64,000 bases of DNA from Octopus vulgaris (lineage: Eukaryota). This document shows, in pieces, positions 52,627 to 64,000 of this stretch. The stretch's first letter is position 1, and every line of letters begins with the position of its first letter. A program made the position numbers and the translations under genes. Location: assembly GCA_951406725.2 (NCBI GenBank), contig OX597841.1, positions 14,446,001 to 14,510,000 on the forward strand, in the 5' to 3' direction. The notes under the pieces are model-generated. The model was not told the DNA's origin, made no database searches, and worked only from the letters and a program-made list of their open reading frames with translations.

Positions 52627-55600
52627 CTGCAATTACAAAGAAAAAAGGAAAAGAAAATTAGTCACCAATAAAAAAACAATTAGCATAAGAAATTACAGCA
52701 CTAATCATCAACAGTAATTAAGCAAATTATCAGGGCCTGAGTTTTTGAGAACCCCACCCACCTCAAACTAGTCTTTATCACCATTTCAAGCCAGTTTACC
52801 TTGGTGGCATTTGGGCTAGAAGGGCTGACAGAAGCTAGCTAGGCCAGGAGCCAGACCAGACCTCATAGCCTGTTTTGACATGGGTCTCTGCACATGAATG
52901 CTTTTTTAAGGGGGACTAAGAAGGGGTGGAGTAGTATTGAGGGCGTGTTGGTTTGTGCCGGTTGAGATTTGAGCTTAAATTCTATCCACAAAAATAATTG
53001 GCCAAGATCTAAAGCCATCACCACTACTATTATTATTACTATCCATTATTATTATTATTGAGCGAGAGAGCAGTGCATGCCATCAAAGTGACACTGGGGC
53101 ACACCAGACACATGCATCACAAACCATATGTGTATGACAGTGATCTCGTACCAGAATAAACCATACATGACCTTGCAGGTGGAGCCCAGTTAGAATTTTC
53201 TTCAGGTTGACTACGCCATGCAGCCCAAAATAAAAAAGATCCCTGAATAAGGGTTGTTTAAGGATGCTGAATGAAACACCCATGTTTCCAGAGATGAATT
53301 ATCCAAACCCCAAAGAATTCCTCAATAAGGCTCCCACACTACTTCCTGCTTATGATCAGAGATGCACATATCGTCAGCCACTAAGGGACATAATCAACTG
53401 GTTAAGGTCAAACGACTGACAAGCAAATCTGTGGTATTCAGCAGAATATTTGCTGTAGCCCATCTCTTATACCGTCCCTCCTTAACACTTTATTATTGTT
53501 ATCATTAAAAGATGAAGCTGACAGAACTGTCAGCATCTCAGAGAACCTCACCATCAAATATCTGTTTTTAAAAACAATGACAGGATAACATCTATCACAG
53601 CTGAAGTGACCAGACGTGCTACCTTCTTAAATTTTGGCAGACCAGCTAAGGTCCATTGCATATCCAATACCAGGCACTCCTTTCAGACTATTAGACTTGG
53701 TCATTTACACTGCTGTGTCATTTGAGACCATGTCCCATTTACATGTACCTCCTGTTCCTATCCCTGTCATACACTACCTCTTATATAGCCACTCCTACTG
53801 TTAAGTAGGGCTCTTGTTATTTCTGCAAGACACCCAGAGACCTCACTAGAACAGTGTCACATTGAATAAGGAAAGGAAACCACAAAAATAAAGCAAGCCA
53901 AAACACAGCCAACACACACACACCAGAGCTGGCACCACCCAGCCCATAACCACCAGTATGGGAGAAAAGACAAACACACACACACACACATAGCAACAGC
54001 CATGCATCACCCTCAATTTAATGTCCACTATTCCACCAGGCCAAAGTTTACAAGCAGGTTCTGTGCCAGGATGCCTTCCCTGTTCCCAATCCTCACGGGC
54101 AGACATTCTCACAGAATACGTGGAAATTAACAAAAAAACGATGTTATGACAGTCACACATTTACAATCAATGCAAGATCAAAACAGAGACACAGGCTTCT
54201 TACAGTCTCCGCTTACTAAATCTTATAGTAACCCAGGCACTCAGCTAAGGTCAAGAGTTCAATTCCTGACAGCATCTGTCCTTGAGGAAGATGCTTCATT
54301 TCACATGTGCCAGTAAACTGGCAAAAACGAGTTTGAAAGGGGCCTGCCCTGTCACAACGAATCTCCCTCTGAGCTATATTAAGGGTAGGGAGCAGGCTGT
54401 TCCATCGATCAGATCTACTGGAGCACTAGTCGCCATAACCAACAGAAAGCCCGGTCACTGAATCTACCCCACACCCACAAGGTTTTGGATGACCCTGGAC
54501 CCCAGCAGGGAAGACACTCACTCAACAAGGTTTTCTACACAGCAGAAATGAATTTGGTTGCAGAACAAATTCGTTAACCACAGAACCGGGAGGGGCGGGC
54601 ATCACCTTGAAAGGTTTTAAGACAAATTGGAGTAACTGGGGGACTAGAGGTTGTATCTTTAGGAAATCTATTAACTATTGTGTAGGTCATTGAGTTACAC
54701 AGGGACATAAACAAACCAATACTTGTGAAGGGGAGGGAAAAGGCAACACATATAAAGACATACACATACGTTGTGGAAGGTAGAGTCCTAGGAAGACATC
54801 AAGTATTGAAAACTGATTTCAAATGCTCAACCTGGTAAAGGAGAATGACTAAGGGTAGATGACATACATGAAGCTGTTGTAAGCTTGAAGGCCCAGCAAC
54901 CACAACAGAACTGAATGGCAGGGCCCTGTCAATCTGCTGCCCCCATGCATAGGATTGGCTGGTGTTAGGAAGGGTAACCAGCTACAGAAACCCATGTCAA
55001 AACAAACAATGGACCTTGTTGCAGACCCTAGGCTTCCTTGCCAGCTCCCATGAAACTGACTCGTCCCCAGCATGCAAAACATCCATTAAACAAGGATTAA
55101 AACACTCAAAATAATACAACATACAAGACATTATGTGTGTGATGATTACAAAGATTACTACGGCAAACAAAATACTCTACGAGAAGACGTAATCCAAACT
55201 TGCCCAACACTACTCGAAAATCGCAGCCAAATACAAGCGAAGGGCTCATAAACATAAGATGTCAAACTTCTGAATATCCTAGTGGTCAGTCACTGAAACG
55301 AGGCCATGCTAGAGCATCAACTTCGACCAAGTCCTAGCCAAACAGCAAATAAGTTTTGGAATGTCCAATGTGAAACCTGCAGGACCTGGACAGAGCAGAG
55401 TAAATCAACAAGGGACGGGACACAAAAATATGCAGTCCTAGGTACACTGTGACAATGAAAGAATAGCTGGAACATCTATTATGAGGGTGGCTGGATCAGA
55501 CGGAGTTAGGGTTTATTAATCAACGAAGGACACTGCTGGAATGCATGTCAGATCTGGGGACACGCGCCAGGTACACAGTGGCATGGTCACTGGACCCCTG

Positions 55601-57964
55601 AAATTAGTTGTAGTTGGAACGCCAGAAGAACCTATACACTACAAATAAGGAAAAAAAAACTGAGGTGGCCACAATCGGAGTATAGCGCTCCCCAGTCAGT
55701 CCGAGGCGTGCTCAGGGGTGGGGTGGAATCAAGGCTGAATGATTGAATAGGGGGCGATAATACGTCAACAGGAACGGATCTGAAGTGGTGAAGCCTAGCA
55801 AGAAACAACGCCAAGTCTTATCCCCACTGCTCTCCTCGCCTCCCCATTCACCCAGCATCCGTCTATTGTTCTTAAACAACCCCTTACACTTTACGCAGGA
55901 AGCAAAAGGGGTCACCAGTTTAGTAGTTTCAATATCTGTTGAACCCAGCCGGGGCCATTCACTTAAAGCCTACCGTCCCATTCACACCGCAACGGAAATA
56001 CAACAATGAGAATAAAGAGAAAGAAAGAGAGAGTGATAAAGGAGGGAACCATGGAGACGATAAGAAGTGATAGTCAAAGGGTATATAAAGAGTAAAGACT
56101 GGTCAGGTCAAAGGCTAAGACAGCAGGGGTCAGAGTTGAAAACTGATATTTGTCGGCAAGCAACAGATGTAAGAGAGAGAGAGAGAGAGAGACTCGTACG
56201 CTCACACACGCTACCAATAAGTACAGGCCACACACAAACACAGAGAATTAGGAACACACACACACACACACAGACCATGAGTCATACCAATTTATAACGA
56301 GATATACTAAGAAGATACTGAAAAAAATCTAGCATACAATTTGCACCATCACACGCAGGAGATTGACAAACACACACACATACAAGAGAAAACAAGATTA
56401 AATACACACACACACACAGGAAATTTAACATTTTATATACTTTGTGTGTATTTATATATATATATATAAAACAAGATAAAGCATACATATATATATATAT
56501 ACACACAATTATTTATATTTATATATATATATACATACATACACACATATATACATACACACACATATATATACACAAATACATACATATACACACATAC
56601 ACAAATACATACATATATACACATACACAAATACATACATATATACACATACACAAATACATACATATATATATATATATATATACATACACATATACAT
56701 ACATATATATTATATACAAACACATACACGGACGCTATAAAACATATGCCAATCACTAAATACCATCACACGTACACACAGCAGTTATGGTGTAACGTCT
56801 GACATATATATAGACCACACACGCCATTCATTATATAAGAGAAACTATATATATATATATACATATATATACTTATATATATGCACACAGCTTGTACACG
56901 TACGTGGTGACGTTACCAACATTTGACATTAGCACACACATATACACACATTACTCTCCTACACGCCCATGTGTGTGTGTATGCGTGCTTGTACGCATTA
57001 TATATATAACGAAGATGTCGATTATATACACACACATACATAGAATGGTATACATAAATACATACTCATACATGAACTGCCTGTATGTAGGTGTCTGAGT
57101 GTTTTTGTACACCATATGTATAGGGAGGTCGGTTAGTAGGACGAAGAGGTATGTGATATGAGGGTGGGGAAGATAGACTAGGAGGGGAAGGCCACGGGAG
57201 GAAGTGAAAGAAAAAGGCAAAGAGAGATAGTGAGAGATAAGGACAATGAGAAAGAGTATAGAGAAAGAGAAGGGGGGAAGCGTAGTGAGAGATAGAGATA
57301 CAGATATGAAAGAGAAGGCAAGAGGGAGGGATGAGAGGAACGAAAGAGAGAGATTAGAAAGATGAGCGGGGGAAAGAGAGACGGAGAGAGGAAGCCTAGG
57401 AAGAGAGAGAGGAATGAAGGGAAAAGCTCAATGGGAAGAGAGGAAGGAAAAGCAGTGAGACATGTCAAGAGAGGAGAGACACTAGAGAGAGAAAGGCTAG
57501 AAGAGACGGAGAGAATGAGACGAAGAAGAGAGAATAGAAGATTAGGAGAGAGGTGAAAGGGTGACGAGGTTTAAGGCCATGGAGAGCAGGAAAGAAAGAA
57601 TTAGAGAAGATTTGAGGAGAGACAAGACAATGAGAGCAAGTAAAGATTTAGAAGAGACGAAGAGGAAGAAGGGAACAAAGAAAGGGAGAGGGGGTGGATA
57701 ACGAAATGAGAGAGAGAAGATATGACGGAGTGACAAAGAGATAAGAGAGACGTGAGGGGGTGAACAAAAGATATAGAGTGAAAAAGAGAGGTTAAGATAC
57801 AGAGAGAGAGAGAGAGATAAGATAAAGTATTCAGAGAGACCGGGGGGATGGGGTAAGTGAGATAAGGGAAGGAAATACGAGAGGGAGACGTTGAAGAAGA
57901 GAAAGGAGACGGCGAAAGAGAGAAGGTAAGAATGTCGGCGACAACAAAGAGAAAATGCTGAACT

Positions 57965-58016
57965 CTGATTGGCTGATGATTTCCCGCCACAGGAGCTAGG
58001 CTAGAAGAGGCGGGAG
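57965..58016. promoter_or_regulatory. NF-Y CCAAT box plus two E2F-type sites
   Basis: AGCCAATCAG on minus (57965-57974), TTTCCCGC at 57980-57987, GGCGGGAG at 58009-58016. Confidence 0.45.
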
Positions 58017-59639
58017 ATAGCGAGAGAGACACAGAGAAAGCCATATACAAATAGACTTACACACCTATTTACATAACTATACAATACACACATATATACA
58101 CACACACACCTATCTAAACATATAAAGTAATACACGTTATACAGCGCAACACGTTTATACACTTAAACACGCGCAAGCCCCCATATATAGAGGCTCTATA
58201 CATCGTCACACACACACATCCGCACAGAAGATATCTAACGCACTTTTTCTACACTGATTGGTAGAATTGAACACGCACGCACTCGCATCCATGTAATTTT
58301 AATGACTGCCAGTCCACATGTACCTAAAACACTGGAGGACAATGTGCTACATTCGTAATTGTAGGAACAAGGCACACGCTAAAGTGCATGCGTATATATT
58401 TATACACACACACATACACAAAACAAATGCGTAGTAGAGTTAAGAAAACGATACACGCCCACAAACACACACAGACGAAGCCCTTGTGTGGTTGCTTCGA
58501 ATGTAAGAAATAACAGCCGAAGTCCTAAGTGCGTCTAATTGCACCAAACCGTTCTGAAACAGAACAAGGCTCGCTCTTTGCACGAAACTTGCAAACTTAA
58601 CCATTCATATAATAAAATACACGTGTATAGATATATAAGACCAAAAAGGGTACGGGTGCCGCTATATATATGTATATGTAAATAAAATACAAACTGGGAC
58701 AAGAACGCAAAACACGGACGGGACATTCGAAGCCTTCGATCTTCAGTCAAGAACCGGATCATCCTCGCAATTTCAGCTGATCAATCTTGAGATTGCTCCG
58801 ATCTGGCCAGCCCCAAGGGAAAATCTAGATACATATGTATATACACACGCACAAATGCGTGTAAGCGAGTACTTTCTAGGGGGTGCCCATAAATAAGCAT
58901 GTCTTTCCAAAACAGCCATGCGATGAGGGGATATTTGGCTGTTATTTCTAGCTGGTTGAGTGACCAGACCAAACCAATACGCCCACCGCGTTTTTACACG
59001 TTCTGTCGATAAGGGAAAGACAATTATGTACACGCATTTACACCCGTATTAAATAACACCCACCCCAACACTACAGGATAAGCAAGTATATACCCATATA
59101 TGTACCTAGGCACTATTAGAATACCCCTGTCTACGCTTCACTCACAAGTACGCAGCCACTAATGGCGTACATAAACAGAAATTGCGTAGCAAGCAATTCG
59201 CACGCATATACACACAGTAATAAGATTGTGTGTGTATAGTGACATTTAGCTGACTACAGAAGATATACTACATACACACGAGCACGCTGTGTGTGCGGTC
59301 GACATACCATAAATACGCAGTTGCGAAACGGTATGTATGTATGTATGTATGCGCGTGTGAATATACATATATACACATACACACACTTATCTTTACCTAC
59401 TTACGTCGTCAAGCACAGAATATCCACAGTTGATTGTCGTCTGCTGTACTTTTTTTGCCCCCGAACTGAGCCCAAAGCATCGCAAACAGCCCAGCCTAAG
59501 GGAAAACAAGCATACAACGCCTGGTTTTGATTATAATAACCGTGTCTATTCACCTAACTCAATGCCCGGGTTCTATATATGTGGTCTGTTCCACATGCCA
59601 ACACACGAATGCAGCAACATCCGTCTTCTGTGCTGGCAT

Positions 59640-59702
59640 GGATCGGACGGTTATAACAGGATCGGACGGTTATAACAGGATCGGACGGTTATAACAGGAT
59701 CG
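59640..59702. repeat. Three perfect copies of a 19-bp tandem repeat GGATCGGACGGTTATAACA
   Basis: Direct inspection; inside a decayed RTE-tail element. Confidence 0.93.
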
Positions 59703-60285
59703 ATCCAACGAACTATTGCGGAACAGCAGCATCAAACCCCGACATCTGCTTTGACACAACTATTATGGCTGGATACCCACCTCAGTGCAATCGATTTTGA
59801 AATGTACTGGGTGCTGTTTATTTGCTCTGGCACCGACACCAGTGAGGCTGCCAAGTAACTTGCAAGACAAAAACAAATGAGGATATTTGCAAATGTTTAA
59901 CGTTTCGGACTCTAGTCCCTCATCAAAACAAACGAATGATTAAAGGTAGCCAGAGAATCTGCATTTTAGGTCTTTCCCTGACTATAAGGATCAGAAGCAT
60001 GCATTAAATAAACCGCCAACGTACTTAGTGACGTAGGAAGCGAAAGAAACAAGCTTTGAGGTAATGAGGGCAAAAAACAGGGTCATATCTATGAAATTAC
60101 TTAAACAAAGGAGACAGCTTCATGATTTCAGTTGAGCAAGTAATGACAAGACAAACCCCCGTTTCTACTTAGACAGAAGCATCCAACATACTCGAGTATC
60201 CTCTCCCAACACAACGAGGCAATCGTACCATAAGTAGTTTCCCAAACATTTTCCTCACATACAAAAAATACTCTTAAAAGATGCT

Positions 60286-60860
60286 CTACTTACTTCCATG
60301 CAAGTCGTGCCATTCTGATGACAATTCCCGTAACTTAGACTTCAGGAAATCGTTCTCCTTCTTCACCACTTCCATGCGAGCCTTCATCTCCTTCTCCTCC
60401 CGAAGAGCTCGTTCTATACACAGAAGAGCCTCGTCCACTATCCTTTTCTGAGATGCCTTCGGGTCATCCTTCACAGCATCGATAACAACTCGGAGCTCGC
60501 TCAAAAGCTCACTCATCTGAGCCCTACGCCGCCTTTCCAACTCATTGTGGACAGCCTTTTCGCTGTGAGACATACATTTGCGCCTCTTAGTCTTTTCACT
60601 GAGAAGTCTCTCGTCTGCGGAGCGAGAATTCTTCGTACCCGAACTACCAAACGTGGTCGCAGCCACCGCCACACTGCTGGTGTTGTCGGATGAAGGCGAT
60701 GGCGATGAAGATATCAATGAAAATGACGACGATGACGATGATAAAGACTGTGGAGATGGTGGTGTTATCGGCGGTGTCAGTGGTGAATTCGAGGTGGACA
60801 CCTCAACAAGGATAGCTGGAGTAACTTTCGTAGCTCGGCGTAAAATCCCTGTTTGACGAG
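60286..60860 (-). CDS. Terminal coding exon of a Myc-like (Myc/Max/Mad network) bHLH-leucine-zipper transcription factor; upstream exons not found in window
   Basis: Acceptor TCTTCTATTGCAG at 60861 (phase 1), open frame to TAG. S/P-rich linker, basic region HNELERRRR with the H-E-R E-box residues, HLH, and zipper heptads M-V-L-L ending near the C-terminus as in Myc. Confidence 0.85.
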
Positions 60861-62329
60861 CTGCAATAGAAGAGGTAATACAAAAACGTTATTGCATATT
60901 AATACAAAGGACATTGCATGTAAAAACACTTTATCAGGGATAGGAATTTGGGAAAACCAGTCACCCCAAGTCCCGCAAACACCATCGGAAAGACAAAAAA
61001 GAAAAAAACGTGCAAGAAAGTAAGTTCTACTTCCGGAAGAAGGCGGAGAAGAAGAGATTTAAAATGTTGATAATCACGATATCATTTTCCGTTATTTCAT
61101 TTTTTAAAAAACCTGGTGGATTGGGGTGAGGGTGGGGTCGCATTTTCTCACGACCAGGGAACAGCTATTGAAAAAATACCGCCTGCTACGTCACTTGCAT
61201 CTTCTGCTTGTTTCAGTCAGACTGCGGCCAAACTGGAACACCGGCATCAACCGAATTTGCCCCACTACTTAGAATCATCCCAGCAGTCACTTTTGCAGAA
61301 CTGCGACATTACGGGGACGTCAACATATCAACACCACACTTGTCAAGTGGTGTTGGTGGAATATAGACATAAACGATGGGCTTCTTTCAGTTTCCCTCCA
61401 CCAAATCTACTGGTCCAGAGCTTAGTAGAAAATTTGGGGAAGTTGCCATGCAGAGGGACTGAACCCGGAACCATGTGGTTGGGAAGCAAACTTCTCACGC
61501 CTTTGCCTATACACACACAAAGAAAGATAGGAAGATAGGACACACACACACACACACGAACCGGCTTCTAATGGAACTCGTTCCAACTCTTATTAATATT
61601 GTTAGAACAGAGAAAGCCCCATAGACATAAAATCCTTCAACTCTTTACATGGGACCTACCATCATCCATAAAGTACTATATCATATACATTAAACTGTCC
61701 GTATACCCGAGACATTACACTAGACTCATACTTGGGTACCCCAGAAAGGTTTTCCCTATAACATTCAGGAAAAAGCATTCACCTGTGTTTAATGAAACTC
61801 TGCAGAGATACGTCTGAGGTAGAGTACGATTAATACGAGCAGTAATTCATTTTACTGAAGCACACCTCAAGGCAATGCTGTAGCTTGGCCGTAGCGCACA
61901 ATTTCGTCGAAAGAAAATTTGGATTTCTTCACGAAATTTTGAGGGTAGTAGGGCACGAAACTGTAGCCATGCCATCTACAGCTATACCGATTAATAGTCA
62001 TGCATTATATAAGACGAGCATCGACCACTTATCGATTTTACCCTAAACATGGGCGAACTAACTGGGACCAAGAGATTTCCAAGCAAAAGAAGGCGTGTGC
62101 GGCGACGGAGGGACACAGCCAACACGTACGTCTAGAAGGTACTACATACATATAGACTATGAAGAAATTTATTATATATACACACACAGATACACACATA
62201 CATATATCATAAAACTAGTGTAAGATGAGGTGATCTATGTGAGCTACCGAATACTGCGCAATTGAGTCGAGTGACCACCACTACTGCAACTACTACGTTT
62301 ATTAATGTTTAAAACAGTAAGACCGGCCG

Positions 62330-63240
62330 CGTATACATGTGGATAAGGAACCGGCTGTGCATAGCCGACTGCAGTGTGTGTATATATATAACTGGTTATA
62401 TATATGTGTGTGTGTATAGCTGATTGTATGTGTATGGGTATTTAGCCGGCTGCGTGTAAGTCGATATGTAGCCGGCTGCGTAGCTGTGTGCGTGTGTTAT
62501 GTGAGGGTGAGTGTTATGTGTGGATATTTGGCCGGCTGTACGTATGTGGGTGTATGTTGCTGGTTGTGTATGTACGTGTGGGATAAGTTGCTGACTGCGT
62601 GTACGTGTGGATATTTAGCCGGCTGTGTGTATGCAGATACGTAGCCGACTGTGTATATGTAAATGTAGCTCTGTATGTGTGTGTGTTTGAGGAGATGTGT
62701 TATGTATGGATATTTGACCGGCTGTGGGAATACGTTGCTAGCTGCACATATGTGCGAATACGTTGCCGGTTGTATATATGTGTGGATATTTAGCCGGCTG
62801 TGTAGTATGTACGTGTGTATACGTTGCTGACTGCGTATATATGTGGATATTTAGCCGGCAGTGTGTATGTATGTGTGGATATTTAGCCGGCTGTATGTAT
62901 ACGTTGCTGACTGCGTATATATGGGGATATGTAGCCGGCAGTGTGTATGTAGCTATGTAGCCGGCTGTGTGAATACGTTGCTATCTCTGCATATGTGCGA
63001 ATATATTGCCGGTTGTATATACGTGTGGATATCTAGCCGGCAGTGTGTATGCGTGGCGTGTATGTATATGTGTGTGTATATATAGTCTTTATTCGTCTAT
63101 ATAACCAGCTGTGGTAGAATAGTATTTGTTAAACCGGCTGCGTCATATGTTGAGCTGGCGTGGAGCCGGATGTGGTACGTGTGTGTGTAGATGCGGGTGT
63201 ATATGAACAGCCTTACCAGCCAGGCTCAATGACCGGCTTA
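62330..63240. repeat. Degenerate minisatellite with core GGATATTTAGCCGGCTG
   Basis: Roughly 20 CCGG/CCGA-type cores separated by TG/TA-rich spacers. Confidence 0.85.
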
Positions 63241-63541
63241 CATGTGTGTGTGTGTGTGAGAGAGAGAGGCCATACAAGTCTTCCTCTTGGTTCAGGCATT
63301 GGACTGCGGCGGCCACGCTGGAGCATCACTAAAGAACTTTAATGCAACGAATCGACCCCTAATACCTTTTATTTTTTTAGAAAAAAAAAAGCCTGGCACT
63401 TATTTTATCAGTTCACGTATGTGGAAATGCTGAACTGCTAAGTTACGGGAACAAACCAAGACCGGTTGTCGAGCAATGGCGAGGGACGAACAGACATGTG
63501 TATGCACCTATGTGTATGTGTGTAAATATGTATTATATATA

Positions 63542-63572
<31 letters not shown>

Positions 63573-64000
63573 AATGACTATATTAACACACATATTTCGG
63601 TGTATGGGAGCATATTTGGACAGCCTTGAATGTGTATGCATGTACGTTTATGTATGTATATATATATATATATATTATATATATATACATATATACACAC
63701 ACACACATATACATACATACACATTCATAAATGTAAAGCCGCCTAAGCCAGTGTGTATACATATATTCACATGTGTCTGTATGTATGTATGTTTCCTATT
63801 TGCCAGTAAATTTTGAAGGAAAGGTGGGACCCCGAAAATGACGAAAGGCAAAGTTGACCCCGACGTTGTTTGAACTAAGAACGTCAAACGGCCGGAAGAA
63901 ATGCCGCGAAGCATTTTTATCCGGCAAATCAACGATTTTCCAGCCGCCGCCTTAGTGTATACATCCGTACATTGTGTGTTTGTGTGTGTGTGTATATATT

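Noticed and set aside
53040-53470. Possible LINE 3' fragment ending in (TAA)n on the minus strand
   Set aside because: No diagnostic protein motif could be read, so it is left unclassified
55785-56009. ORF with NLS-like and SP-rich sequence
   Set aside because: In-frame stop shortly upstream, GTG start, no clear splice sites
60578-60856. Plus-strand acidic ORF
   Set aside because: Antisense shadow of the Ser-rich part of the bHLH-Zip exon

Overview
Repeat-dominated eukaryotic DNA. The SINE families and microsatellite density suggest an octopod cephalopod such as Octopus (inference, no database search run). Most of the window is simple repeats, about 30 copies or fragments of one tRNA-derived SINE (here SINE-A) and about 10 of a second (SINE-B). 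It also holds truncated CR1-type, RTE-type and R4/Dong-type LINE remnants, two non-autonomous Helitrons, piggyBac-, hAT- and Tc1/mariner-type MITEs, and a decayed mariner transposase. The only convincing host coding sequence is the terminal exon of a divergent Myc-like bHLH-Zip gene (60286-60860, minus strand); a second orphan terminal-exon candidate lies at 52559-52626. Almost all ORFs in the supplied track are repeat artefacts. The most interesting signals are RNA-structural. Several Penelope-type hammerhead ribozyme motifs occur, one with a G3:C8 covariant core and one inside a perfect 62-bp fold-back. A 3'-terminal stem-loop framework is shared, with fully compensatory stem sequences, between SINE-A and two different CR1-type LINEs. 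All folds were derived by eye and none has been tested.
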